Below, one piece after another: positions 12,914 to 25,915 of a stretch of DNA of 64,000 nt. The translations under genes and the position numbers were made by a program. The stretch spans positions 62,001 to 126,000 of the forward strand of contig NIVC01000055.1 of assembly GCA_002269645.1 (NCBI GenBank). Reading direction: 5' to 3'. The notes beneath the pieces are model-generated. The model ran no database searches. It was not told the DNA's origin and saw only the letters and a list, made by a program, of their open reading frames with translations. This DNA is from Macrostomum lignano (Eukaryota). Each line of letters starts with the position of its first letter. The stretch's first letter is position 1.

Positions 12914-13728
12914 TTGCCAAGGTTTGCCCGCGATGCTCTTGTCAAGCAGATTCTGTCTGCATTGCCCCCCCCCCCAATGCTTAGTATAACTACTAGAGTT
13001 TTTCCCGATCAAAACGTTTTGATTGTAACTGCATATCAAATAGGTTTTATCTCTATATACATACAGGGGTACATGCAGTTTTCATGCACACAAGCCCCAA
13101 ATGAGTGCGGTATTTACCAATCAGAATTTTGAACAAATTTCCTATAAAAATCGCAGAGTACCGCAGTCGCTGCAGATACTACTGCTACTGCTACTGTTGG
13201 AAGTAGGCTGAGACGAAAAGTCAGCTTAAAAAAGATCACAGCCCTATGGGCCTCGTTGCCGGAGAAGTATGGCCAGGTAAAGTGTGTTTGCGTGCTATCC
13301 GTTAACCCGTGTCAGGCCGCTCCGCCTTGGACAAGAGTGGCAATTCAAAGCTTTTGCCAGTTGGCTTGGAGATAGTTGTCACCATGGCAACCCAGGCTTT
13401 TCAATAGCTGTTAATTTCCGCTTAATTTCTCCGCTCTAACTGTTGCCAAATTGTGATTAGGTGCTTAATTGTACCCTCGTGTATTCCCAGCCTCTCGCTT
13501 GAGTAGAGCAATATGAATTTGCCAGGCGCTTAATTAAATTGAGTGATAAATTTATACTGCAAAGTTCCATGTTTTGCCAATAATTTTTTATTTTTAACCG
13601 CAGTTTTGCATTACCGCTGGCTTGCTTTGCGATGCTTTCCATTTGTGTAGGGGCGCTGGATTCTGCTAGCCTTATAATCTGTTCCTCTGCTGCTAATAAG
13701 TGGACTGCTTTCCTGACTGTTTTGTGTG

Positions 13729-14328
<600 letters not shown>

Positions 14329-15239
14329 TGGAGCTTCTACCCCGTTCCCGTTACTAAAGTGCGGCAGGGCATGAAGAATATCTGCTGATCCTCTGAAGCA
14401 CGAAATCTGCTTAGAAGCTGGGCTTTAAAGCTCTGTTAAATCATAATTAAACTTTATTTTCGACCCCGCTAGCAGAATTTTAATGAATGGTTTTTGAGCG
14501 CCAATTGATGAGGCTTTGATTTGGTTTCCAGTCGCCGGCCCAGTTTCTCCTCTGTTTCAATGCTCTTGCCTTTCTTCCTGCACTGTAGGCCTATTCAGCT
14601 CTCCCTAGCTCTCGTCGGGACTGATTCAGTCCAGCGAGCCTGAGCGATGGCTCATCCGTTTCCCATGCAGAACACACGGCTTTTGTTACAGGGGATTGAC
14701 AGGGGGGAGGGGGGGGGCAGGCGGAGATGAAGGCTCAGCGCTCGGCCTCGGAGCTGACGCAAACAGGTCTTTTTACTCTGGAGCAGCGCGGCTGAGTCAA
14801 GACTAATTCTGTGATTTTATTTTCCTGCCAGATATTCGCGTTTTCTTTTAATCAATCGCGTGTGCCTGTCTGTCTGCCTGTCCTGTCCTGTAGGCTTGAT
14901 TGGATAAATCTGTTTAGTTGACGAAGATTCAATTAGCTATCAACGGCAATCCGAATGAATGGCCATATCTGTTGCTAGGGCTAGAGTTTTCTGTCTTGGA
15001 TTATTAAGCGGATTAGTGCATGTGTAGACACGGTGCGAAACTTGATTAGCTAATACGGATTTAACAGCTGGCTGAGCTCACCGCCTCCATGGCTCTGTAG
15101 TGATGACTCCTACAGTTGCTTTTTATGTTGTTTGGCCTGCGTTTGCTTTGTGTGTGCGTTTGTGTGCGCGAGACATGCCTTCTGCTGGTTGATGACTGTC
15201 TGTGTGTCTGTAGCATGTCCGCCTGCCCAATCAGCCTCC

Positions 15240-15610
15240 TTTCCTCTTCTCTCACCCTCCTCCCCACACTCTTCTCTCCTTCCCTTACCATCCTCTCCTA
15301 TCACCCTCCTCTCCTCTCACCCTCCTCTCCGTCCCTCACCATCCTCTCCTCTCACTCTCCTCTCCTTCCCTTACCCTCCTCTCCTCTCACCCTCTTCTCC
15401 TCTCACCCTCCTTTCCGCCCCTCACCCTCCTCTCCTTCTCTCACTCTCTTCTCCTTCCCTTACCCTCCTCTCCTCTCACCCTCCTCTCCGTCCCTCACTC
15501 TCCTCTTCCCTTACCCTCCTCTCCTCTCACCCTCTTCTCCTTCTCTCACCCTCCTTTCCGTCCCTCACCCTCCTCTCCTTCTCTCACCCTCCTCTCCGTC
15601 CCTCACCCTC
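15240..15610. repeat. CT-rich degenerate minisatellite
   Basis: CTCTCACCCTCCTCTCC-type units. Confidence 0.85.
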
Positions 15611-16163
15611 TTATGCTGCCGTTTAGTATTACTCGAGATACTTGAAGTCTCGCAATGATTTATTGTATCGAATGATACGCTGAAAATAATCAAAATCATA
15701 ATGGCTTAGAAAATTTTCTTTAGACCAGTGTTCTCGACAAGCGAGTTATCTTAGTAGATTAATGATGTGCCTAATGCAGGGTGAGATAACGCGAATTTCA
15801 GCGTGAGATTGATACCGCCCTGGCCTAGGAAATGAAGCAGAGTCTTGATTCGCTGTGGTTCATTGAAGGTGAAATTGTGTCACTGCATTTTGAATGGTTA
15901 GGTGGGGTATATGAGGTGAGATTGAAAGTTAGATAGGGATGAGACTGATAATGAGATTGAGATTAATGAGAGTGATAGTGGGATGGGGGTGAGAATGAAA
16001 GGGGGATGAGGGTGAGAGTGAGATAGGGATGAGAGTTGAAATGAGAGTGAAAGACGGGTGACTTGACTTACTTACTTGACTTAGCTGCAGGGCTGTCCCG
16101 AAGGGGACACAGCGGGAAGGCGCGGGCGCCCATTCCGCTAGTCCCTGAACGGCCGACGCGTCG

Positions 16164-19100
16164 CTATGGACGGAGGGTTGGCGCCGCCCAGGGAGGTCCC
16201 CCAGTGTCGCCAGCAGCTATGGTGCTCTCTGGAAAGGAGAGTTCAGCCCTGCGGGTGGCCCGAAGGTAGCGCATGAGCTGATTAAAGTTTTCGGGTTTGC
16301 ACGCTTCAGTAATAGATGTGTGTGGCCCGAGGTAAGTGAGTCTGGCCCGCGTGAAGGCGGGACAGATGCTGACGAAATGCTCAGCGGTTTCGTCACCTGA
16401 GTTGCAGAAGCTACAGGTGGCGTTGGTGGCGTTGCCCTGCAGGTACTGGTGCCTGGAGAAGCAGCCGTGACCAGAGAGGGTCATGGTGGCAGCCCGGATG
16501 TCTCTGCGCGAGAGGCGCAAGAGGAGCTTCCGGAGCTGGTGAGAGGGCTGAGGGACAGCGCCTCTGGATTGCCTGCAGTTCGTGCGGTTCGCCCAAGTCG
16601 AGCGGTGCTGAGTCCTGATCCACGCTTTGATGCGCGAGTCGATGACACAGCCAGGAATCGGGACAAGAGGTTCGGGGCCGAGAGAGGAGCCGGAGGCACC
16701 AACTTTTGCAAGGGTGTCAGCCAACTCATTTCCTCGGATCCCCACATGCCCCGGAACCCACTTAAGGGTAATTTTGTTGGCGGAACCCAACATGTTGAGG
16801 AGTTTGATACAGTCGAGGACTGTAGCAGAGTTGGTGCTGCAGCCACTGATGGCGTGCAAGGCAGCTTGGCTGTCCGAATGGAAAATGATGTTCTTACCAG
16901 TAACGCCAGTGGCGAGAAGCTCTGCAGTGCAGGAGCTGATGGCCAGAACTTCATTTTGGAAAACACTGGAGTTGACCCCAGTGTATTGAGCGTGGGTAGC
17001 GATGACCCTCCCGTTCAGAAAGATTCCAACACCAAAGCCGGTGTTGGCTGACTGCTTAGAACCGTCGGTGTAGCAATGAAGCTCACCAGGGTTCCATTGG
17101 TCATTGATGTTATCGCGCGAGTCGATAGCTACGGAGTAGCGCTGTCTCAGGTTGAGCGTTGAGGCAATGCCATCGGTGAAGACGCGATTGGCCTGACACT
17201 CGTTGAGAAAGTTGAGGCACAGATCGCTATGCGGGACAAGGTTCCGCTTAGCAGGTGCTCTCATGTAAATGAATTTGACGCCGGCATCAATTAGACGCCG
17301 CGTCGTTCTAGCCGCCTCACCCCTGATGAAGAGGTCAAGAGGCGGAAGATTAAGGAAGGCCCCATGCCAGCAAAGGGCGTGGACCTGGTGGCGTTGCAGA
17401 TGAGCCTACACGCTCTGCCTTGGATCGTGTTGAGCAGGTCTGCATGGCTTTTGACCTGGGTAGCGCTAACCCAGACAACAGAGGCGTACGTAATGGCAGG
17501 TCTAACTACGGAAGTATAGATCCACCAAAGCCGCTTTGGGGATAGACCCCAAGAAGTGCCAAGTGCTCGTCGGAGCTGGGCCAGGATGGCTGAGGCACGC
17601 TTGGCTTTTGCTTTCACGTGGAGGACCAGTTGAGCCGGTGGTCAAGTATGACCCCGAGACATCTGGTCTGGTGCGCGAAGGCAATATCTCTGCCGTAGAG
17701 CTGCAGAGGACGTATGTTCCAGCGTAGTCTGCTGGTAAACATAATGGCAACGGTTTTGGGCTCAGAGAGTTCCAGACCATTGTCATTGGCCCAGGATTCT
17801 GCTTTGCGGATAAAGCTCTGCATCAGATCCCTGAGCGTGCTGGGAGACGGTCCTGCCACAATGGCCGTGACGTCATCAGCATACCCGACTTTGAAGACGG
17901 GGTCGGGTCGGGAGTCACTCAAAAGAGCGTCCATGACCAGGTTCCAGAGCGTCGGGGTGAGGACTCCGCCTTGGGGTCCACCCTTACAGACTCTGGTGGA
18001 GGCAGTTTGCCCAAGAAGTTGGGCAGTGACCGTACGGTTGGAGATCATGTACATGATCCACCGTATGAGGGTAGCATGAGCTTTGCGATTTTGAAGGGCC
18101 CTCTGAAACGCTTCAAAGATAACGTTGTCGAAGGCGCCAACAATGTCAAGAAAGAGAGCCAGAGCGTAACCGTCACCCAGTACCGCCCTTTCAATCTTCT
18201 CGACAATCGCATGCAGGCGCTGTCAGTCGACCTCCCGGTACGGAAGGCGTGCTGATTATTGCTGAGGGGCATCGCTGTCAGCTCGCAGGACAGCAGCCGC
18301 CAGAGAATAAGCCTCTCAGTGAGCTTAAGCATTGCTGACGTTAAGCTAATAGGCCGGAAGGCCTTGACGCTTTGGTAGTCACCCTTCCCAGGTTTGGGAA
18401 TAAAGACTACCCGAGCTTCAGTCCAGCATTTGGGAACGTATCCCAGCTGGATAGAGGCCCGCATAAGATTGCGGGTGAGTCTCAGGAACGAGGGTATCTT
18501 GGCTGCTTCACGAAGGAGAACAGGGTAGATACCATCAGGTCCAGGAGATTTGAAGGGTTTGAAGGTTCTGACCGCACGAGCGATTAGGTCTTCAGTGACA
18601 ATGCCCGCCGCTAGGGTGGCTCCATCCATCGAATGGTTGGGCTCCGGTCTAGCAGTAGGTACCCTCGGGAAGAATGTGCTAAGCATATGCTGAAGCACTT
18701 CTTCAGGGTCTTTAGTAAGAGAGCCATCATCTTTTTTGATCATGGCTAATTTGGACATTTTGTCCATTGTAAGGGCCTTGACAAGCCTAGAAGTAGGTCT
18801 GTCTTGATCCAATTCATTGCAGAATTGGCGCCACTTACATTCCTTGGCCTTGCGCACTTCAGATTTGAAATTGCGGGAGGCTTGCCGGAAAAGCTCCATG
18901 TCCTCCGGGTTTCCGGTCTTCATGGCACGGCGATGAAGGCTTTTGGCCTTCCGCCTGAGTTTCCCCAGCTCCGGGTTCCACCACGGCGCCGAGGTCTTGC
19001 CTTTGTAGGCGCGAGCAGGACAAGCCGCTTCGTAGGCTTCAATAATGCAACCTGTCAGCGTCTCAGCCATATGATCCACATCCTCGCAGGTCTCAATCGG

Positions 19101-19901
19101 ACGTAAGTCCGTGAGTTCCTGCAGGTGCAGATCAAGGGCAGCCTTGTAGGCCGCCCAATCAGTGTTGCGGATATTGCGTCTCCAAGTGATCGGAGACTGG
19201 GTTTTAGTGTCCGCGATGTTAAAGGCGATAAAGCAGTGGTCAGACAGGGAGGGCTCCTCAGACCAGACTCTCCACTCCTCAACTCTGTCAAAGAGTCTTG
19301 GGGTAACGAGTGTGGCGTCGAGGACCTCGGTCCATCTGCCATTATTAAAGGTAGGAGTGCTGCCGCGGTTGCAGAGCATGAGGTTTGTGTTAGAGATGAG
19401 GGCCAGAAGCTCCTCTCCTCTAGTGTTGGTATCTTTGCTGCCCCAGTGCTTGTGGTGCGCGTTGAGGTCGCCCCCTAAGCACAGCTCAGCGTTCTGGGAC
19501 TCGCAGTACTGCGCGAGGCGCAGTAAACTCTCAGGAGCAGGGTCTCTGTCGCCTGGGATATAAACCGAGGCAACAAGACACGTACGCGGAGAGAAATGAT
19601 TAGATTGGATGACGCAAAGGTCTCCATCAGAGAGATCAGTCCTCAGCCAAGCCTGGAGATGGCTAGCAGCGAGGATAGCCGCTCTAGGGCGGCTGTTCCC
19701 CGGGCCACACACATAAAAATCAGAGTAGCCAGAGGGAATGTTGGGCAACTTACCGTTGCGCATCCAGGGTTCCTGGATCAGGATGAGGCCTGGCCTGTAC
19801 AGCTCAGCAATCTTCATCAGATTTACTGACGCAGATACGCAATGCTGTAAATTAATTTGCAGACAGAATGTCGCTCCTTTGGCAGCGTGGAGCTTAGTCA
19901 T
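16164..19901 (-). pseudogene. Retrotransposon ORF2: APE endonuclease, reverse transcriptase, RNase H and Cys/His motif, with three -1 frameshifts
   Basis: APE motifs QINLQH, LIQEPW, GGDLNAHH, LSDH; RT motifs KSPGPDG, FRPISL, GGPQGGVL.P.LWN, YADD; RNase H motifs YTDGSK, SVFQNEV, SDSQAAL, WVPGH.GI.GNELAD; C-terminal CSFC..ETAEHF..IC. Frame shifts at about 18216, 17620 and 17361. Confidence 0.92.
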
Positions 19902-19924
19902 ACTGTATTAAATGCAATTTCTGG

Positions 19925-21502
19925 CTAGAGCCCAGGGCCATCAAGGAGACTTGGACAACAGATCGTCCTCGTCCCAGGCCGCTGGGGCTTGACTGGGAGA
20001 TGGGAGTTGGTCGACGTCCATGGCCTCCTCACCCCCACCGGCCCCCCAGCAGAGTCCTCAGGCTCCGATGACAGGATGGAGGAAGCTTCCTCACCTGCAT
20101 CTTTACCTTCAGACCCCACCAGGGTGGCCGAGGAGAGCTCGGATTCCGAAGACCCGGCCTCGTCCTCAACTCCTTCTCCGACTGGCAGGTTTGGTTCCCG
20201 GGGCTTGGCCGGAGCCGTTACCGCGGTCGCCGAACTGCTGCTAGCAGAGGGGCGAGACGCAGCTTTGGCTTTGGGATCGGCTTGCGCCTTTCCTTGGGCC
20301 TTAGACTGCGCCCCGCTCTTGCCGGAGATGCCGGGGTTGGCAGTAGCCTTCCCTTTGGCAGACTTTCCTCGGCGCATCTTGAGCTTGAGGGCACCCAGCT
20401 GGAAAGAGGATCCATTAGGGTACCGACTCGCCCAAGTGCTGGAAAGGCCGAGGACAATTGAGTTGCCCGTCTCCCCCCTGCGGACTTTACGGTGATACAC
20501 CAGTCCACTAGCAGGGAGGTCGGGGTTCAGACGCAGTAGGACCCGGCGAATAACGTCTGGTCCAGCTGCGGTGCTCTTAGCAGGGACGAAAACCACATAG
20601 GGTATCGTCTTTGGACGCTGGCCCTCGCGAAGAAAAAGAGCTCCGCCAAGGTCAGCATCCAAGGAGACCGTCGGTAGCCGCTGGAGCAGCTGCCGAGCGT
20701 CCTCCTCGCTGCTAGGAGCAATAAGAACGAATGTGCTTCGCAGCACCATCCGCTCAATGCCGATGGAGATTCCCTCCTCGACAGTCAGCTCAATCAGATA
20801 GGAGTCAACAGCACTCCACACTTTTTGAAGCTGATCAGTGGTCCAGTCCTGGTCGCGACCTTGGATGATCACTCCCGGGATTTTGGCCTTGGCCTTCGCC
20901 GCAAAGGTAGCTCCCGAAGGAACCTCCTTGTTGGCAGTGGCCATTTGTTGCGCCGTGGTTTCGGCCTCAGCAGCCGCAGCAGCATCTCCAGGGAGCGCCG
21001 CCGCTGAACTACCGGAGCTTCCACCGGCCGGCCCGTCTGGTTGCCTTGGGACGCCAGTCGCTTCAGCATCCATGGTGGACGCCGCCGCTTTGGCCCCCGC
21101 AGCTCCCTTCTTGGCCTGCCTTTTGGCGCGTTGTTTAGCGCGTTTGCGCTCAAGCCGAGCCCGCTGAGCTTCGTCGGATCTGCCAGATTTGGCCGGTCCT
21201 TTAGGCTCAGAGCTCGCGGTTCCCTTAGATCCACCAGCGGAGCTGGCAGGTCTTTGGGTATTTTGAGTTTGGTAGCTCTGGTCGGATCTGCCAGCAGAGC
21301 CAGCCGGTCCTTCCTTTGCCACAGTTGAATCAGTCGGTTGGGATCTGCCAGCAGGGCCGGCCGGTCCTTCGGACTGAGGTTGGGGTTTAGAAGGGTCCCC
21401 GTCCCTAGAAATAGCTTGTTTATCCATAGACGGCTCGAAGGCCATGATAGAAGGTTGGTGGGCTACCCTCAAAGGGGCGCGGTACCCACCCGGCCGCTCC
21501 AC
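19925..21502 (-). CDS. Retrotransposon ORF1 (basic N-terminal region; central domain resembling DUF4780 of LOA-clade ORF1)
   Basis: 525-aa ORF ending 23 bp upstream of ORF2; K/R-rich coil; VLLRLNPDLPASGL...G..IVLGL motif; no CCHC knuckle seen. The DUF4780 assignment is from recall and has not been searched. Confidence 0.65.
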   Translation of the reverse strand: MERPGGYRAPLRVAHQPSIMAFEPSMDKQAISRDGDPSKPQPQSEGPAGPAGRSQPTDSTVAKEGPAGSAGRSDQSYQTQNTQRPASSAGGSKGTASSEPKGPAKSGRSDEAQRARLERKRAKQRAKRQAKKGAAGAKAAASTMDAEATGVPRQPDGPAGGSSGSSAAALPGDAAAAAEAETTAQQMATANKEVPSGATFAAKAKAKIPGVIIQGRDQDWTTDQLQKVWSAVDSYLIELTVEEGISIGIERMVLRSTFVLIAPSSEEDARQLLQRLPTVSLDADLGGALFLREGQRPKTIPYVVFVPAKSTAAGPDVIRRVLLRLNPDLPASGLVYHRKVRRGETGNSIVLGLSSTWASRYPNGSSFQLGALKLKMRRGKSAKGKATANPGISGKSGAQSKAQGKAQADPKAKAASRPSASSSSATAVTAPAKPREPNLPVGEGVEDEAGSSESELSSATLVGSEGKDAGEEASSILSSEPEDSAGGPVGVRRPWTSTNSHLPVKPQRPGTRTICCPSLLDGPGL

Positions 21503-22839
21503 CTGACCGGGCAGTAGGCCAATAGCACCCTCAAGGCTGGCCCGACACCAGGAGGGGGACCGCTTGCGACCGGACTACTCCCCGGCCTTCCAGCCCATCG
21601 GCACGGTCAACACCTTAGGCATTAGAGAGTACGTTGAGCAGTACCACGGCCTGCAGGTTGGCGAGCCAGACCCGCATACCCAAATTCGGCCGAAGCCACT
21701 GGATAGGGTCGCCAGCGCCGGAGCCCAGTCTGTCCAGCAGCCCTAGGGACTGCCTTGAACACACGCGGGGACGAGTACCCTGGGTCGACTTGCGAGACAG
21801 CGTGGGGGGGGGGGGTCTGCGGCTGCCAGAGGCAAATAGAGGGTGCAGACCTCCCACCAGCCTTGACCTGCTGAAGATAGGGGCAGGCGTGAAGCATCGC
21901 AGACCTTAGCCCATGGGCCTAGTCTGTCTCATACTTCACTGGCATGCTGAATACGCCTTCGCGTGCGAAAGAGGGGTGAGTGTGAGATAGACATGAGAGT
22001 GAAAGAGGGATTAGAGTGGGAATGATGGGGATGAAAGTGAGTGATAGTGAGATATGGGTGAGAATGAGTGAGATAGAGATGAGAGTGAGAGAGGGATGAT
22101 AGTGAGAATGATGGGGATGAGAATGAGAGTGATGTGAGGTCATACTGAGCTCAAGCTAAAGTTGAGAATAAAGTAGTTCGTGAAACTTTATACAAGAGCA
22201 AGAAAAGTTTGAGTTCAATAAGCTGGTGACTTTGGTAGCGAGCCTTAACCCGTTATATTAAAGAGGAATTGTTGCATGCAAGCAAAAAGTGATGAAGCAA
22301 CCGTGTTAAGGAAATGTCAGCATCCTCATTTGCTTTCATCTCCTACTCAAACAGGTTCAGTTCAGATAAAAAAGAAGTTGCACTCATTTGTAACGCGCTG
22401 CCCCGGGATCTCATGCCATTATATGCAATCTAAATCCCCCCGGGACCATCGATCTCTTTGTTAGCTCTGTCTGTCTGCCTGCTGCCGGAGCGCTATAGTT
22501 TTAGCTGCAGCCTGCCCGGCTTACGGGGCTTGGCATCGAACTTCTAAGCTGGGACATTGCGAGTCCCGCTCCCTCCTATTTTTACCTTTTGCCTCCCTGG
22601 GATCAATGCGCGTACTGAAAGAGAGGGAGTGAGAGAGAGATTGGTCCGTAATGTATTGCAACTCGGGAACTCTGATTCTGGGCTACTCTGAGCATTGCTA
22701 CATTCTGCTCATATTGGGTGGGCATTGATTAATATGCTACATCAACTAGCTTCGCTCTCCATGTTGGACTCTCGATTGCCGATTCAAATGCTAAGTAGTT
22801 TACCTGCCTAGTTTACCTTTGCCCACACCCCTTTGTAGT

Positions 22840-23345
22840 TTCATCTACTCTCCGCTCCTACTCCCCATCATCTACTCTCCCCTCCTGCTCCCCATCATCT
22901 ACTCTCCCCTCTTACTCCCTATTATCTACTCTCCCCTCCTACTCCCCATCATCTACTCTCCCCTCCTACTCCCCATCATCTACTCTCCCCTCCTCCCCAT
23001 CATCTACTCTCCCCTCCTACTCCCCATCATCTGCTCTCCCCTCCTACTCCCCATCATCTACTCTCCCCTCCTCCCCATCATCTACTCTCCCCTCCTCCCC
23101 ATCATCTACTCTCCCCTCCTCCCCATCATCTACTCTCCCCTCCTACTCCCCATCATCTACTCTCCCCTCCTACTCCCCATCATCTACTCTCCCCTCCTCC
23201 CCATCATCTACTCTCCCCTCCTACTCCCCATCATCTACTCTCCCCTCCTCCCCATCATCTACTCTCCCCTCCTCCCCATCATCTACTCTCCCCTCCTACT
23301 CCACATCATCTACTCTCCCCTCCTCCCCATCATCTACTCTCCGTC
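22840..23345. repeat. 24/27-bp minisatellite
   Basis: CTACTCTCCCCTCCTACTCCCCATCAT. Confidence 0.93.
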
Positions 23346-24094
23346 TACTGCCTTGGAATTTGGAAGTCAGGGCACAGTTTACCATAAAGGATCAAAGCTT
23401 ATCAGTATCTAACAGTGCACTGTATCCCAGGCAGTACACTGGACAGGCCGGCTTTGGGATGTCAGTCACGCTCCGCTGCCAGCTTAAATCTGGTTTGGGT
23501 TCGGGCTTTGGGGATTCGGAATCTGCAAATTTTAGGAGGGAGGGTCTGTCTAGGTGGATGGAAGCTGGCCGGCTTGATGCGATGAAGCATTAGTCTCCGT
23601 GGCTCTGGCCAGCCAGCAGCAGCAGCTGGTTCTGTTTCTGGCATCAGCAGCAGCAGCAGACATTGTTTTAACTGAGATTTTACTATTTGCCTGCAAAGGA
23701 CAGCAGGGAGACCACTGGCCGATGCATATTTATGCAAACACCCTGAACTGCACTGTATAGTCATGCCCGCTGCCGCCAGGCTCCTCTATTCCCCTCCCCC
23801 TCTCATCCCGTCCATCCCGTCTCTCTCTGTTGCTACTTCCGTTTTTATCGTTTTCGTATTTTCGCAGGTGCTCAGCTCTCTGCTGCTCTTGCATCTGTGT
23901 TATTCCATTCACTCCCAACCCCCCTGTAGCTTTTATCGCTTTGGGTGTTTGTTCAGCTGCGCTCGGAGTATTGCTTATCTGCCCTCATCTGTTTTGCTTA
24001 CTGTTATAACTATTATCACTTTCGCTTGGTTCTAATGTGTTCATTCACATGTCTTCACCTTTTTACCCGCTCTCCTGCCTGCCTGTCCTTGTGC

Positions 24095-24960
24095 CTCTAT
24101 CTCCCTTTCACACTCCTATCTCTCTCTCCTGCTCCCTTATCTCTCCCTCCCACTCCCCAATCTCTCTCTCTCTCACGCTCCCTTATCTCTCCCTCCCACT
24201 CCCTTATCTCTCCCTCCCACTCCCTTATCTCTCCCTCCCACTCCCTTATCTCTATCTCCCTTTCACACTCCTATCTCTCTCTCCTGCTCCCCCATGTCTC
24301 TCACGCTCCCTTATCTCTCCCTCCCACTCCCTTATCTCTCTCTCTCTCCTGCTCCCTTATCTCTCCCTCCCACTCCCCCATCTCTCTCTCTCACGCTCCC
24401 TTATCTCTCCCTCCCACTCCCTTATCTCTATCTCCCTTTCACACTCCTATCTCTCTCCTGCTCCCCCATGTCTCTCACGCTCCCTTATCTCTCCCTCCCA
24501 CTCCCTTATCTCTCTCTCTCCTGCTCCCTTATCTCTCCCTCCCACTCCCCCATCTCTCTCTCTCTCTCTCACGCTCCCTTATCTCTCCCTCCCACTCCGC
24601 CATCTCTCTTTCCCGCTCTCTTATATCTCTCTCCCACTCCCTTATCTCTCCCTCCCACTCCCTTATCTCTCTCTCTCCGACTCCCTTATCTCTCCCTCAC
24701 TCTCCCTTATCTCTCTCTCATTCTCCCTTATCTCCCTCCTATCTTTCTTTCGACCTATTTTTTTCTTATCTTTCTCACTCTCCATTTTTCTCCGTGTCTA
24801 TTTCTCTCAATCTCCATTTTTCTCCGTGTCTATTTCTCTCAATCTCCATTTTTCTCCCTGTCTATTTCTCTCAATCTCCATTTTTCTCCCTGTCTATTTC
24901 TCTCACTCTTCCTTCATCTGCCGCTCCCCCTCTCTCTCTCTCGTCTTTTTCCCCTGTTGC
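24095..24960. repeat. CT-rich compound minisatellite
   Basis: CTCCCTTATCTCTCCCTCCCA units, then TCTCCATTTTTCTCC units. Confidence 0.88.
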
Positions 24961-25035
24961 ATCTGTTGCTATGTGCCACTTCCTGCTGTATGCTATTCCA
25001 GTGTTTCCTGTATTTTACCTATCTTATTTTCTGGT

Positions 25036-25085
<50 letters not shown>

Positions 25086-25681
25086 TGTGAGTCGAAATAT
25101 TATTTTAAAACTATATTTTTGTGTCTGTCCCAAGTTCCAAGCATAATAAAATATGGTGCTATGTTTTAAAATGTCACGCAGTTTTTGCTGGCTCGGCTAC
25201 GCCGTTAATTCTCTTTACATTTTATAAAACATCGGAAAGTGTTTTAACTAAGGCATCTTAAAGTACATTTGCACCCGTTATTCGAGCGGCGGCCAATCAG
25301 TTTTGCTTGAAGTCGTCGCAGCGGCCATTGGCTGGTCTCCCGTCTCTCCGGTGCTGCAGTTCCCTGTCTAAGGAGGGCGGATTTTTTATTCCCAAACCCT
25401 GCAGTGACAAGCGGCAAGCCTGTCTGCCAGAGGCTATTTGGGAAAACTCGACCTGCTACTTCCAATTCCCAGCTGTTCTCAAAAATGTTCTCGGTGAGAT
25501 TTTTGGCTTATTTTCTGTCGGTTTCGTACTCGATTCTCATGTCCTCTTCGATCGGTTCGTGCCAGCTTTATAATGCGGGCTGTCAAATGGCTGCTGAGAT
25601 TTGTCCGCCTCATCTTTCGCCTCCCTGAATACTGACTACCATTGTTCCTCTGTTCTGCCTCTGCTGTGGCTGCCGAAGTAT

Positions 25682-25915
25682 CTCCCTGCCTCTATCTGCC
25701 TCTCCCTGCCTCTCCCTGCCTCTCCCTGCCTCTCTCTGCCTCTCCCTGCCTCTCTCTGCCTCTCCCTGCCTCTCTCTGCCTCTCCCTGCCTCTCTCTGCC
25801 TCTCCCTGCCTCTATCTGCCTCTCCCTGCCTCTATCTGCCTCTCCCTGCCTCTATCTGCCTCTCCCTGCCTCTCTCTGCCTCTCCCTGCCTCTCCCTGCC
25901 TCTATCTGCCTCTCT
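25682..25915. repeat. 10-bp minisatellite CTGCCTCTC(C/T)
   Basis: Direct reading. Confidence 0.92.

Larger units (their letters stand above)
16061..21966 (-). mobile_element. Full-length non-LTR retrotransposon (LOA/Lian-like, RNase H-bearing), antisense in RhoGAP intron 4
   Basis: 5' UTR about 460 bp, ORF1, ORF2, 3' UTR about 100 bp and a short (AAGT/AAGTC)n tail at 16061-16082. Flanks GAAAGACGGGTG (16049-16060) and GAAAGAGGGGTG (21967-21978) form a candidate 12-bp TSD with one mismatch. Confidence 0.9.
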
